From assembly GCA_965261395.1 (NCBI GenBank), contig OZ253462.1, positions 192,001 to 256,000 on the forward strand: DNA of 64,000 bases, read 5' to 3'. Of this stretch, positions 1 through 9,794 are shown one piece after another. A program made the translations under genes and the position numbers. This stretch comes from Candidatus Latescibacterota bacterium. GTDB lineage: Bacteria > Latescibacterota > UBA2968 > UBA8231. Under the pieces are notes generated by a model, which saw nothing but the letters and a program-made list of their open reading frames with translations, was not told where the DNA came from and made no database searches. The first letter of the stretch is position 1, and each line of letters begins with the position of its first letter.

Positions 1-2
1 CC

Positions 3-674
3 AGCGGCGTCCCCGAGGCCAAGTTGGAAATCGTCTATCTAGGGGTTGAGCCGCTGGAGTTGGCACCAGACGAGTTGGCAGCCGTCCGAGCGCGCTTTGA
101 GCAGGAACACGGGCTGCGCTTTGGCCAAGACCGCATCCTGTTGCTTTTCGGCCGCCAGGTTCCCCGCAAGGGCATGGTCGAATTTTTGGCAAAAGGTATG
201 CCCCTGCTCGACGCGGATATTCGCCTCTTGATCTGCGGTCCGCCAGCAAGCGAGACCGCACGCTTGCAGGAGTGCTGTCAATCGGGCCTAAAGGACCGCG
301 TCACCTTGCTCGGGCCAGTCCCCGACGATGTGCTGGCCATGCTGCGCACCAGTTGCGATCTTTTCCTCATGCCCAACCTCCACCTACCCGGCGATGTCGA
401 AGGCTTCGGCCAGACCCAACTCGAATGTATGTACGCTGGCACCCCGGCCGTGGCCTTTGCTGTCGATGCCCTGACCGAGAGCGTGCGCGAAGGCGGATTT
501 CTCGTTGACCCGGAAGATTACCCGGCCTTCGTCGCGCAAATCCATCGCTTCCTCGCGCTCGGCCCGGCGGAGCGCGCCGATATCGGCCGCCAGTGCCGCG
601 CCTACGTGCGACGCGAATACGCTCAGCAAAGAATCGCCGCCCAATACATGGATCTCTTTACTGGAAGGATCTAA
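3..674 (+). CDS. Glycosyltransferase family 4 (GT-B fold), 5'-partial
   Basis: Frame open to the window edge; FGRQVPRKG and D-V-E-G-F-G-x4-E-x3-AGTP motifs of GT4. Confidence 0.85.
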   Translation, partial: SGVPEAKLEIVYLGVEPLELAPDELAAVRARFEQEHGLRFGQDRILLLFGRQVPRKGMVEFLAKGMPLLDADIRLLICGPPASETARLQECCQSGLKDRVTLLGPVPDDVLAMLRTSCDLFLMPNLHLPGDVEGFGQTQLECMYAGTPAVAFAVDALTESVREGGFLVDPEDYPAFVAQIHRFLALGPAERADIGRQCRAYVRREYAQQRIAAQYMDLFTGRI

Positions 675-679
675 GCACC

Positions 680-1729
680 ATGCACTTTACCGAACTCGAC
701 ACCCCCGCCCTCTGCGTCGATCTCGACGTGCTAGAAAAAAACATCCGCGACTTGCAAAACGCCTGCGATCAGCTCGAAATTGGCCTACGCGTCCACACCA
801 AGACCCACAAGACGCCAGCCATTGCACGCCTGCAAATCGCCGCGGGGGCCATTGGCATCGTCAGCCAGAAGCTGGGCGAGGCCGAGGCCATGGCCGACGG
901 CGGCATCCAAGACATCCTGATTCCCTACAACATCGTCGGCCAGCCCAAGCTAGCCCGCCTGACGCGCCTGATCCAAAGCGGCAAGAGCACCCTAACGCTC
1001 GCTGCCGACTCCGCGGCCACCGTTGACGGGCTATCGCAAGCAGCCACGGCCGCTGGTTGCCGCATCCGCGTGATCATCGAGATGGACAGCGGCGGGGGCC
1101 GCGTCGGCACCCAATCGCCCGCCGATACCCTCGCGCTGGCCCAACACATCGACCGGCTGCCGGGGCTGGACTTTACCGGCGTTATGACCTATCCCAGCAG
1201 CGAGCGCGCCCGCCCCTTCCTCGACGAAGTGCGCGACCTAACGCACAAAAGCGGCCTGCCCCTGCACATCATCAGCGGTGGCGGTACCGGCAGCGAAGCC
1301 ATATCCAAATCCCTCGGCTGCACCGAGACCCGCATCGGCTCGTACGCCTATGAGGGCATGACCCGCGTGGGCAAGCGCGAAGACCTCGACCCCACCCGCT
1401 GCCCGCTGCGCTTGGTCGTCACCGTGGTCAGCACCTCTCGCCCGGGGCAAGCCATCGTCGATGCCGGCCAGAAGGCCTTCACCAGCTACCCGCCGACTCC
1501 TTATGGCTACTGCATCGAGCAGCCTGAGCTTTTTCTCAAAGGCATGTCCGTCGAGCACGGCCACGTCGATACCACCGCCGCAAATCGTCCAGTCAACGTA
1601 GGCGATATCCTCTCTTTCATCCCCCTGCACGGCGGGATGACCACCAACCTCCACGACCGTCTCTTCGCCCTCCGCAACGGCGAGGTCGTCGAAGAATGGG
1701 CAGTCGCCGGGCGCGGGCGCGCCCAGTAG
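680..1729 (+). CDS. PLP-dependent fold-type III enzyme (D-threonine aldolase / DSD1 family)
   Basis: LDTPALCVDLD start, RVHTKTHK PLP-lysine motif, SGGGT, DAGQK, SVEHG; ATG at 680 chosen over the upstream extension. Confidence 0.85.
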   Translation: MHFTELDTPALCVDLDVLEKNIRDLQNACDQLEIGLRVHTKTHKTPAIARLQIAAGAIGIVSQKLGEAEAMADGGIQDILIPYNIVGQPKLARLTRLIQSGKSTLTLAADSAATVDGLSQAATAAGCRIRVIIEMDSGGGRVGTQSPADTLALAQHIDRLPGLDFTGVMTYPSSERARPFLDEVRDLTHKSGLPLHIISGGGTGSEAISKSLGCTETRIGSYAYEGMTRVGKREDLDPTRCPLRLVVTVVSTSRPGQAIVDAGQKAFTSYPPTPYGYCIEQPELFLKGMSVEHGHVDTTAANRPVNVGDILSFIPLHGGMTTNLHDRLFALRNGEVVEEWAVAGRGRAQ

Positions 1730-1751
1730 GGGCAACCCGCGTGGTTGCCCT
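1726..1751 (+). repeat. GTAG-type REP-like palindrome
   Basis: GTAG followed by stem GGGCAACC-cgcgt-GGTTGCCC, overlapping the stop codon of the upstream gene. Confidence 0.55.
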
Positions 1752-1802
1752 CCGCCGACTTAGAAGCCGACATATACCCCTTTTCCCCACCGGAAGGACG
1801 CC

Positions 1803-2675
1803 ATGGAAATCCAACCCCAACCGCAGATATTCGACGTCGATGAGCAAAACTTTGAAGAGCTGGTCCTCCAAGGCTCGCAAGAGCGCGTCATCGTCGTCGA
1901 TTTTTGGGCCCCTTGGTGTGGCCCCTGCAAAACCCTAGGCCCCATCCTCGAAGACGTCGTCGCGGCGCTTGGCCCCGGCGTGGCCCTAGCAAAAATTAAC
2001 GTCGATGAAAACCAGCAGCTCGCCACGGCCTTTCGGGTCCAAGGCATCCCCGCGGTCAAAATCGTCAAGGACGGCCAGCTAGCCCAAGAATTCACCGGCG
2101 CTCTGCCCAAGGAGCAGATTGAAGCGATCCTCCGCCCCTTGGTCTCCGATGCCCTCATCCCCGAAGCCCAAGTAATTGACCAAGCCGACGACTTAGCGAC
2201 CATGGGCGACCTCGACGCGGCCGCCCGCCAGTACGAGAACGTGCTTGAGGAAAATCCCACCGACGGCCCCGCCCTCCTCGGCCTAGCGAAGATCCACCTG
2301 CAGCAGGGCCGCTTCGAGACCGTGCAGGAACTGGTCAATCTCGTCGAGACGGACACCCCCGAGTACCCGCAGGCCCAGGCGCTGCTCACTCAGATCGAGT
2401 TTGCCCATCAGTGCCAGCAGGCAGGGGGCCGCGCCGCCTGCGCCCAGCGGATACTCGGTCAGCCCGACGACTACGAGGCCCGCTACCTCTTGGCCTGTTG
2501 CGCGGCCTCCGAAGGCGACTACGAAACCGCGTTGCAGGAATGGCTACAGGTCGTGGGTAAAAACCCCAACGGCGACCAAGCCAAGGACGCCATGATCGCC
2601 GTCTTCCATCTACTCGGCCGCGACAATCCGCTGGTGGCCGACTACCAGCGCAAGCTCTACCAAACCCTGTACTGA
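1803..2675 (+). CDS. ybbN: Thioredoxin-TPR co-chaperone (YbbN/CnoX family)
   Basis: DFWAPWCGPC thioredoxin domain plus C-terminal TPR helices ending YQRKLYQTLY. Confidence 0.85.
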   Translation: MEIQPQPQIFDVDEQNFEELVLQGSQERVIVVDFWAPWCGPCKTLGPILEDVVAALGPGVALAKINVDENQQLATAFRVQGIPAVKIVKDGQLAQEFTGALPKEQIEAILRPLVSDALIPEAQVIDQADDLATMGDLDAAARQYENVLEENPTDGPALLGLAKIHLQQGRFETVQELVNLVETDTPEYPQAQALLTQIEFAHQCQQAGGRAACAQRILGQPDDYEARYLLACCAASEGDYETALQEWLQVVGKNPNGDQAKDAMIAVFHLLGRDNPLVADYQRKLYQTLY

Positions 2676-2682
2676 GGACGCC

Positions 2683-3738
2683 ATGCAGATTACCCGCCTC
2701 GAACGCACCGTCTGTTGCGTGCCCTTCCTCCCGGGCATCCTGCCCCCGCCCGAGTACGACGAGCCCGCGCCGGGCTATCCCGAGCCGCTCTCGGCGCGGC
2801 GTCAAGACGTCCTCAGAATCCACACCGACCAAGGACTAACCGGCCTCGGCATGAGCGGACCGTACTACGGCGACCGCACAGAGCAACCACCCGATCTGAT
2901 CGGCAAAGACCCCAACACCTTTGAGCCACGCACTTTGCGCGGCGGTAGCTGGAACATCGCCCTCCTCGACCTGATCGGCAAAACGATCGGCTGGCCGCTG
3001 TGCCGCATTTTCGGCGGCAAGCTGCAAGACAAGGTACTGGTTGACTACTGGATCAGTCGGATGAGCGCTGCGGATACCGCCCGCGCGGCCCAACGCGCCG
3101 CCGAGCTGGGTTTCCACGGCATCAAAATGAAGTGCAAGTGGGAAGATGCCAATATGGAGGACCGGGTCCGCGCCAGCCTCGAAGTTGCGCCGCACCTGCG
3201 GATGGTCCTAGACTTCAACGAGCGCTTGTACAATCTCAACAACGCGCTCGACCTAGCCCGCCGCCTCGACGGACTCGACGTGGTCCTCGAAGATCCCCTC
3301 CCCAAAACCGATCTCAACGAATATCGCCGCCTCAAGGGAGAGACCAGCGTCCTCGTCGCCCCGCACTTCCAGAACCCCCGCCAGATCATCGACGCAGTAC
3401 ACCTCGAAGCGGTTGACGCCTTCAACGTCGCCCCCTCGGATTGGGATTTCCTCGACATGGCGCGCATCGCCGCAAGCGGGGACATCCCCGTGTGGCAAGC
3501 CTCCAATGTCGATCTGGGGATTTTCGACGCCTTCCGCCTCCACGCCTCGGCCGCCGCGCCCAACTGCACTTTTGGCTCCGACCTCTGCGGCAACTTCGTG
3601 CACGAGCACAGCCTGCTCAAAGAGCCGCTGGTCCAAGACGGCTACGCCATCGTGCCCACCGGCCCGGGTTTGGGCGTGGAATTGGACGAGGAGGCCGTCG
3701 CCCGCTATGCCATCTCCGCGCAGCAGTGGCCCGGCTAG
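2683..3738 (+). CDS. Mandelate racemase/muconate lactonizing enzyme family (enolase superfamily)
   Basis: IHTDQGLTGLG, KMK, LDFNE, LEDP, PTGPGLGVELDE motifs. Confidence 0.85.
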   Translation: MQITRLERTVCCVPFLPGILPPPEYDEPAPGYPEPLSARRQDVLRIHTDQGLTGLGMSGPYYGDRTEQPPDLIGKDPNTFEPRTLRGGSWNIALLDLIGKTIGWPLCRIFGGKLQDKVLVDYWISRMSAADTARAAQRAAELGFHGIKMKCKWEDANMEDRVRASLEVAPHLRMVLDFNERLYNLNNALDLARRLDGLDVVLEDPLPKTDLNEYRRLKGETSVLVAPHFQNPRQIIDAVHLEAVDAFNVAPSDWDFLDMARIAASGDIPVWQASNVDLGIFDAFRLHASAAAPNCTFGSDLCGNFVHEHSLLKEPLVQDGYAIVPTGPGLGVELDEEAVARYAISAQQWPG

Positions 3739-4505
3739 GCCGGGACCAGCGCCTCTGCGCCAAAGATCATCGGATAGCCCTCGCCCGTGTGCACGGAGCG
3801 CGCGGCCCCGTCCATATAGGCGATGCTAAAGGCGCGGCGCGACTGACCCGTCGGGTTGATTCCCGAGCGGTGCAGCAGCAGGTTGTTGAGCAAAATCGCC
3901 TCGCCCGCCTCGGCTTCGAGGTCGATTTCCGCTCCCGGCGGCGCGCATTCGGCTAGCTGCTCCTCCGAAGGAAAGTGCCCTTCGGTGATCACTCCCCGCT
4001 TGTGGCTGCCGGGCACGATCTGCATACAGCCGTTTGCGACCATCGCTGGGTCGAGCGCGGTCCACACCGTGATCGTCGGATTGTAACCCACGCCCCAACC
4101 CACGCCCACATCCTGATGCCAGGGCAATATCGTGCCCTTTTCCGCTGGCTTGTTCATAAACATCGCCCGGAAGATCGACACGTCTTCGCCGATATAGCGC
4201 CGAGTGATCTGGCGGAAGAGCGGGTGCTGCATATAGGTGAGATAAACGGGGTCCTGCTCCAAACCCATGATCTTGCGGTACTGAAGCGTGGTGCCCTTGT
4301 GGCCGGGAGAGACGGTCGGCATTTTCGCGTAGTCGGCATCCTCCCCGTCGAGCTGAAAGTCCATCTCCGGGTAGGGGATCTCGCCGAGCATGATCTCGTC
4401 GATGCGCTGCCGTAATTCCGCCAGTTCCGCGTCGTCCAGTACTTTGCCGAGCCGCGCGTACCCGTGCTCCTCAAAGTGGGCGTGGTGTTCGTCGCTGTAT
4501 TCCAT
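3735..4505 (-). CDS. Phytanoyl-CoA dioxygenase (PhyH) family Fe(II)/2OG enzyme
   Basis: PWHQD, NGCMQIVPGSH, distal LLHRS...RR motifs. Confidence 0.9.
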   Translation of the reverse strand: MEYSDEHHAHFEEHGYARLGKVLDDAELAELRQRIDEIMLGEIPYPEMDFQLDGEDADYAKMPTVSPGHKGTTLQYRKIMGLEQDPVYLTYMQHPLFRQITRRYIGEDVSIFRAMFMNKPAEKGTILPWHQDVGVGWGVGYNPTITVWTALDPAMVANGCMQIVPGSHKRGVITEGHFPSEEQLAECAPPGAEIDLEAEAGEAILLNNLLLHRSGINPTGQSRRAFSIAYMDGAARSVHTGEGYPMIFGAEALVPA

Positions 4506-4611
4506 TACCTACTCCCTTCGTTTCCCTAGAAATCAGCAATGTTCTCCCCTGTGTCAAATTTTCCTACCTTTCTACCCGCTCGTCCGCTCCGTTCCAAACG
4601 AGGAATCCACC

Positions 4612-5448
4612 ATGTCCACAGACCACACGCCCTTTCCCGCGTTGACCCCGTCCCAACGCCTACACCTCGAAATCTATGGCTATGTCGTCCTCGAAAAACT
4701 CCTGACCGAGGCCGAAGTCGCCGCGCTCCTAGAAGTTATCTACCGGATCGAAGCCGATTTTCAGCGCACGGGCCAACTGCCCGGAGCAAGCTGCCATTTG
4801 TCTAGTTCGACTCGGGAGTTTTTCCGCATCGACAACCTCCCCCATCTAGCTCCGTGCTTCTACGAATATCTAACTCATCCTAGGATCTTGGGGATGGCTG
4901 AGGAGATCGGCGGCGGCACCGTCCGCCTAGAACAGTCAGACGCCCATATCCGGCGACCGGGTGGGGAGCAAAAGCATGGCTTCCATCGGGGCATCAACCC
5001 CGCCTATGCCCACACCGGCAACGGCCTCTATCACTTCTCCTTTGTCAAAGCGCTCACCAATCTCACCGAACTCGGCCCCGACGACGGCGGCACTACCGTC
5101 ATCCCCGGAACCCACAAAATCCCCCAAGAAGTTGACGGTCGAGCAATCATCGACGCGGCCTTGGCCGACCCTGCGCTCATCCACCAAGTCGAAGCACCGG
5201 CTGGATCGACGCTGCTCTTCTACGAATCGCTGATGCACTCCTCGGGCATCATCCGCTCGCAGCGAGATCGCGTCTTAATTCTCGGCGGCTACACCCCGAC
5301 GATGTTCCAAGCGTGGAACGGCTACGACCCCGACCCCGAATTCGTCGCCGGCTTACCCGCGGAACGGGCCGCCTTGCTCACCGGCGGAACCAAATACGGC
5401 TGGCAACGCAAACTGCGCGATTTAGCCGCACCCGCAGAAACTGTTTAA
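4612..5448 (+). CDS. PhyH-family Fe(II)/2OG enzyme with HxG motif
   Basis: GYVVL, GGTTVIPGTHK, ESLMHSS..R; FHRG in place of WHxD; RBS GAGGA before ATG 4612. Confidence 0.85.
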   Translation: MSTDHTPFPALTPSQRLHLEIYGYVVLEKLLTEAEVAALLEVIYRIEADFQRTGQLPGASCHLSSSTREFFRIDNLPHLAPCFYEYLTHPRILGMAEEIGGGTVRLEQSDAHIRRPGGEQKHGFHRGINPAYAHTGNGLYHFSFVKALTNLTELGPDDGGTTVIPGTHKIPQEVDGRAIIDAALADPALIHQVEAPAGSTLLFYESLMHSSGIIRSQRDRVLILGGYTPTMFQAWNGYDPDPEFVAGLPAERAALLTGGTKYGWQRKLRDLAAPAETV

Positions 5449-5466
5449 ACGGCTAAGGAATCTCAC

Positions 5467-7215
5467 ATGCGATATGGAAGCCAAACGCGGATTTGGTGCT
5501 CTTTGCTTTGTTGCGCTTTGCTCTTAGCGTGCGGTGGTGCCGAAGACCAAGCGGGACAAGAGCCGAGTGTGCGACAAGTCCCGCGCGACCGGACGCTGAT
5601 CCTCGGGCTGACCCAGATGCTGGACTACGACGCCTTCAACCCCTTTATCCCCGGCACGGGGTCTGCGACCGGATCTAACTTTCTCTTCGAGCCGCTCTAT
5701 TACTACAATGCCTATAGCGAAGAAAACAACCTCATCTCCTGGATCGCGGAGAGCCACCAATACAACGAAGATTACACCGAAGTCACCATCAAGATCCGCG
5801 CTGGGGTCCAGTGGAGCGACGGCATGCCGTGGACGGCGCGCGACTTGGTCTTCACCATTAATATGCTCAAGGCTCATGCGCCGGAACTGCTGCTGTCCAC
5901 CGATATGCAAACCTGGGTCGCCGAGGCGGTGGCCGTGGACGAGTTGACGGCGCGCATCACACTGCGGGCATCCAATCCAAGATTTCTGTTTTCGTACTTC
6001 ACCGATTGTTTCGGCAATGGGGTCCGCATCGTCCCCGAGCACATCTGGAAAGACCAAGACCCCAAGACCTTCAAAAACCTCGACCTAGCCAAGGACTGGC
6101 CGGTGGTCAGCGGGCCTTATCGCCTGGCGATTACCGCTCCCGAACAGCGAGTTTGGGATCTGCGGCCGGACTGGTGGGCGGCTGGCTTGGGGTTCCAGAG
6201 ACTACCCAAGGTGGAGCGCATCATCTATCTGCCCTTCGGCAGTGAAGCCAAGTGGGCTCAGCAACTCTTGGCCAACGAGATTGATTCGAGCATCGACTTG
6301 CGCCCCGTCAATATCAAGACCGTTCTCGAACAAAACCCCAATATCTCCACTTGGACAGGCAGAGAAGCACCGTACGGCTATCTGGATTGGTGGCCGCTGT
6401 CGCTGGGTTTCAACAATCTCGAAGAACCCTTCAGCGATTCGGAGATTCGCTGGGCCATCAACTACGCGATCAATCGCGCCCAAGTAATTGACGTCGGTTG
6501 GCAAGGGGCGGGCACGTTCACGCTGCATCCCTATCCCGAATTTCCCCCGCTGATGCGCTATCTCGACCAGATCCAAGATCTTTTCGCCCAATACCAATTG
6601 AACACCTACGATCCAGCCCGCACGGCGGAGATCATGCAGCGCAAGGGATGGCACAAGGACGAGGACGGGTTTTGGAGCAAGAACGGGACGCGCTTCAAGA
6701 TAGTGGTCGATGTCTTCCCCAACCTCTTCCAAGACTTCACGCCGGTGCTGATCGAACAATTGCGCCAAGCCGGTTTTGACGCCAGCTTCCGCGCCACCAA
6801 CGACGCCTATACCCGCATGACCCAAGGCACGGCTCGCGCCTTTGTGGTGGGACACGCGGCTTCGGTGCGAGATCCTTACTTCACCTTGCGCCTCTACCAT
6901 AGTCGCTTCGTGCAGCCGACGGGCACCTCAGCCGAGCACTTCTGGCGCTGGAAAAATGAGGAATTCGACGCGATCGTCGATCGCATGGCAGAGGTCGCCC
7001 CGGAAGACCCAGAGCTAGTCGCGCTCTTCCGCCGGGCGATGGATATCTGGTTGCGCGAACTGCCTTCGATCCCGTTAATCCAGTGGTATCACCGGATTCC
7101 CCACAACGAGACCTATTGGAAAAACTGGCCCACGGCTGAAAACCCCTACGTCAACAGCGCCTACTGGCACCGCACCTGGCTGCTCGTTTTACTTAATTTA
7201 GAACCCACACAATAA
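5467..7215 (+). CDS. ABC transporter substrate-binding lipoprotein, family 5 (peptide/oligosaccharide)
   Basis: Lipobox LLAC; FEPLYYY, WSDGMPWTARDLVFT, SGPY, IRWAINYAINR motifs. Confidence 0.9.
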   Translation: MRYGSQTRIWCSLLCCALLLACGGAEDQAGQEPSVRQVPRDRTLILGLTQMLDYDAFNPFIPGTGSATGSNFLFEPLYYYNAYSEENNLISWIAESHQYNEDYTEVTIKIRAGVQWSDGMPWTARDLVFTINMLKAHAPELLLSTDMQTWVAEAVAVDELTARITLRASNPRFLFSYFTDCFGNGVRIVPEHIWKDQDPKTFKNLDLAKDWPVVSGPYRLAITAPEQRVWDLRPDWWAAGLGFQRLPKVERIIYLPFGSEAKWAQQLLANEIDSSIDLRPVNIKTVLEQNPNISTWTGREAPYGYLDWWPLSLGFNNLEEPFSDSEIRWAINYAINRAQVIDVGWQGAGTFTLHPYPEFPPLMRYLDQIQDLFAQYQLNTYDPARTAEIMQRKGWHKDEDGFWSKNGTRFKIVVDVFPNLFQDFTPVLIEQLRQAGFDASFRATNDAYTRMTQGTARAFVVGHAASVRDPYFTLRLYHSRFVQPTGTSAEHFWRWKNEEFDAIVDRMAEVAPEDPELVALFRRAMDIWLRELPSIPLIQWYHRIPHNETYWKNWPTAENPYVNSAYWHRTWLLVLLNLEPTQ

Positions 7216-7259
7216 GGCATGGATGTTCAAATCGACTCCATACCAACGAAAGGAATCCC

Positions 7260-8330
7260 ATGAAGAAATCCGATCCATTTGAAAAAGGCCTCGCAGCCGG
7301 TGAGGCCGCGGCTTCTGCCGCCGGAGGCGCATCACCAACATCGGCGAACGGCGGGCGCATGTATGTGCGCACACAGAGTTTTGGGACAACCGATGCCGAG
7401 TTGCGCTTTTTGCAGCGCTGTGGCGTGCGCCACAAGGCCGCCACCTTTCCCTTCCACCCCGACCGAGGCTGGGATCTCGACGAGTTGGTCCGGGAAAGAG
7501 AGCACCACGAGGCCTTCGGGCTGACACTGGATATGAGCGCGCTACCCATATATGAGAGATTTCCCAACATCATCTATTTTGGCAAAAGCCCGGAGCGCGA
7601 CCGGGAAATCGATCTCGTATGCGAAATGATCCGAACCGCTTCGCGCGCCGGCATCAATTCTCTGCGCTATAACACTTGCGTCCTGTCCATCGACCGTACC
7701 GAACGAGAAGAAGGTCGCGGCGGCTACTACCACACTGCGTTCCGCCTGGACAAGGTCCCGGCAGAAGAACAGGCCAGGCTGACTGAGGCCGGGCGCGTCA
7801 CGGCAGACATGCACTGGGAACGAATTGAGTATCTGCTCGAACGCATGATTCCGGTGGCAGAAGAATTCAAGGTTCGAATGGGCAATTCTCAGGAAGACCC
7901 TGCCACACCCCTCGGTTATAAGGGCGTTGACAAAGTCCTCAATGAATTTGAGGGCATGAAGCGTTTCATTGAGATTCAGCGCAGCCCGTATCACGGCTGG
8001 AACTTCTGCGTCGGCTCCGTCGCTGAAGGGCTCGAAGATCCGGCCAATGAAATCTACCCCATCGTAGAATACTTTGGCAGCCGCAATACGATCTTCCTCG
8101 TTCACTATCGCAACCTCCTCGGGGGGCGCTACAGCTTCCGCGAGGCTCTGCCCGATGAAGGAGATATGGACTTCCACCGGGTATTAAAAGCCCTCAAGGA
8201 CACAGGCTACTGTTACGGCATTGATCCCGACCACGTCCCGCGCACCGACGACGATCCGCAGGGCTACTATCAGTCCTATGCTTACTGCTTCGGCTACATC
8301 AATGCCATGATTCAGGCGGTCTACGGTTAA
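7260..8330 (+). CDS. Mannonate dehydratase (UxuA)-like protein
   Basis: IPVAEEFKVRM, NFCVGS, HYRN, DEGDMD, PDHVP, AYCFGYINAMIQA. Confidence 0.75.
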   Translation: MKKSDPFEKGLAAGEAAASAAGGASPTSANGGRMYVRTQSFGTTDAELRFLQRCGVRHKAATFPFHPDRGWDLDELVREREHHEAFGLTLDMSALPIYERFPNIIYFGKSPERDREIDLVCEMIRTASRAGINSLRYNTCVLSIDRTEREEGRGGYYHTAFRLDKVPAEEQARLTEAGRVTADMHWERIEYLLERMIPVAEEFKVRMGNSQEDPATPLGYKGVDKVLNEFEGMKRFIEIQRSPYHGWNFCVGSVAEGLEDPANEIYPIVEYFGSRNTIFLVHYRNLLGGRYSFREALPDEGDMDFHRVLKALKDTGYCYGIDPDHVPRTDDDPQGYYQSYAYCFGYINAMIQAVYG

Positions 8331-8358
8331 TCCATAGGTAGGTGGTAATGGTTCAGAT

Positions 8359-9771
8359 ATGAAGAACATCAATCGACCCAACATCGTCTTCATCCTCAGC
8401 GACGACCAAGGCCCTTGGGCCGCCGGCTGTTATGGCAACACAGAAATCCGCACCCCGGCAATCGACCGCATCGCCCAGACCGGCATGCGCTTTGACAATT
8501 TCTTCGTCGCCACTCCAGTCTGTTCGCCAAGCCGCGCGACTTTTTTGACCGGGCGGATACCCTCGCAGCACGGGGTCCACGACTGGATCCGAGAGGGCAA
8601 TGTCGGCGCGTCCGCAGCCGCTTATCTCGCAGGCGAGGTGGCTTATACCGACATCCTCGCTGACAATGGCTGGGTCTGCGGGCTAAGCGGCAAGTGGCAC
8701 CTCGGGCACAGCCAACTCGCGCAGCACGGCTTTTCGCATTGGTACGTACATCAGCAGGGCGGCGGGCCGTACAACGACGCACCCATGATCCGCGACGGCG
8801 AGCTGATCACCGAGCCGGGCTACGTGACAACGGCGATCACCGACGACGCGCTGGCGTTTATCGATCGGCATGCCGACAGTGACTCACCCTTTTACCTAGG
8901 CGTCCACTACACCGCGCCGCATAGTCCGTGGACTGGCCACCCACAGGAAATCGTCGATTCCTATGACGACTGCGCGTTCGACTCCTGCCCGCAGGAGGAA
9001 ATTCACCCTTGGGCGGTGGGCCACCCGCTGAGCGAAAACTGCTTGGGCAACCGCGAGATGCTCAAGGGCTATTTCGCGGCGGTGACGGCCATGGACCGCG
9101 ACATCGGGCGAATCATCGACAAGCTAAAAGAAAAGGGTCTACGCGAGGACACGCTCGTTGTCTTCGTCAGCGACAATGGCTTTAGCTGCGGCCACCACGG
9201 CTTTTGGGGCAAAGGCAACGGCACCTATCCGCCAAACATGTACGAGAACTCGATCAAGGTGCCCTTCGTCATCAGCCACCCCGGCCGCATACCTGCGGGG
9301 AGCGTCCAAACGGCTATGGTCAGCGCCTACGACTTTATGCCGACCTTGCTCGACTATCTAGGACTGCCGCTGCCCAAGGACCTCGACTGGCCCGGACAAA
9401 GCGCGCTGCCGCTATTGTTAGGAGCAGACGACACCGGTCGGCAGGAAGTCGTCATCTACGACGAGTACGGGGCGACGCGGATGATGCGCACCGAGGAATG
9501 GAAATACGTTCACCGCTATCCAGATGGACCGCACGAACTCTACGACCTAGCCAACGATCCGGCCGAGCGCGCCAATCTGGTGGACGATCCCGGCCAAGCG
9601 GAGCGAATCGGCGACCTAAAGCAGCGACTAGAGGAGTGGTACGAACGCTACGTAGTGCCCGATCGCGACGGTCGCAATTTCGCGGTGACGGGCAAGGGAC
9701 AGCTCAGACCGGTGGGCGGTCAGTGGGAAGACGGCACCACTCAGCGTCCCCAACCTTTCGCTCAGGGGTAG
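8359..9771 (+). CDS. Arylsulfatase/choline-sulfatase-like formylglycine sulfatase
   Basis: PNIVFILSDD, CSPSRATFLTG signature, GKWHLG, SDNG, ELYDLANDP. Confidence 0.95.
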   Translation: MKNINRPNIVFILSDDQGPWAAGCYGNTEIRTPAIDRIAQTGMRFDNFFVATPVCSPSRATFLTGRIPSQHGVHDWIREGNVGASAAAYLAGEVAYTDILADNGWVCGLSGKWHLGHSQLAQHGFSHWYVHQQGGGPYNDAPMIRDGELITEPGYVTTAITDDALAFIDRHADSDSPFYLGVHYTAPHSPWTGHPQEIVDSYDDCAFDSCPQEEIHPWAVGHPLSENCLGNREMLKGYFAAVTAMDRDIGRIIDKLKEKGLREDTLVVFVSDNGFSCGHHGFWGKGNGTYPPNMYENSIKVPFVISHPGRIPAGSVQTAMVSAYDFMPTLLDYLGLPLPKDLDWPGQSALPLLLGADDTGRQEVVIYDEYGATRMMRTEEWKYVHRYPDGPHELYDLANDPAERANLVDDPGQAERIGDLKQRLEEWYERYVVPDRDGRNFAVTGKGQLRPVGGQWEDGTTQRPQPFAQG

Positions 9772-9794
9772 CTAGTGGCAGGTGTGGCACGCGC

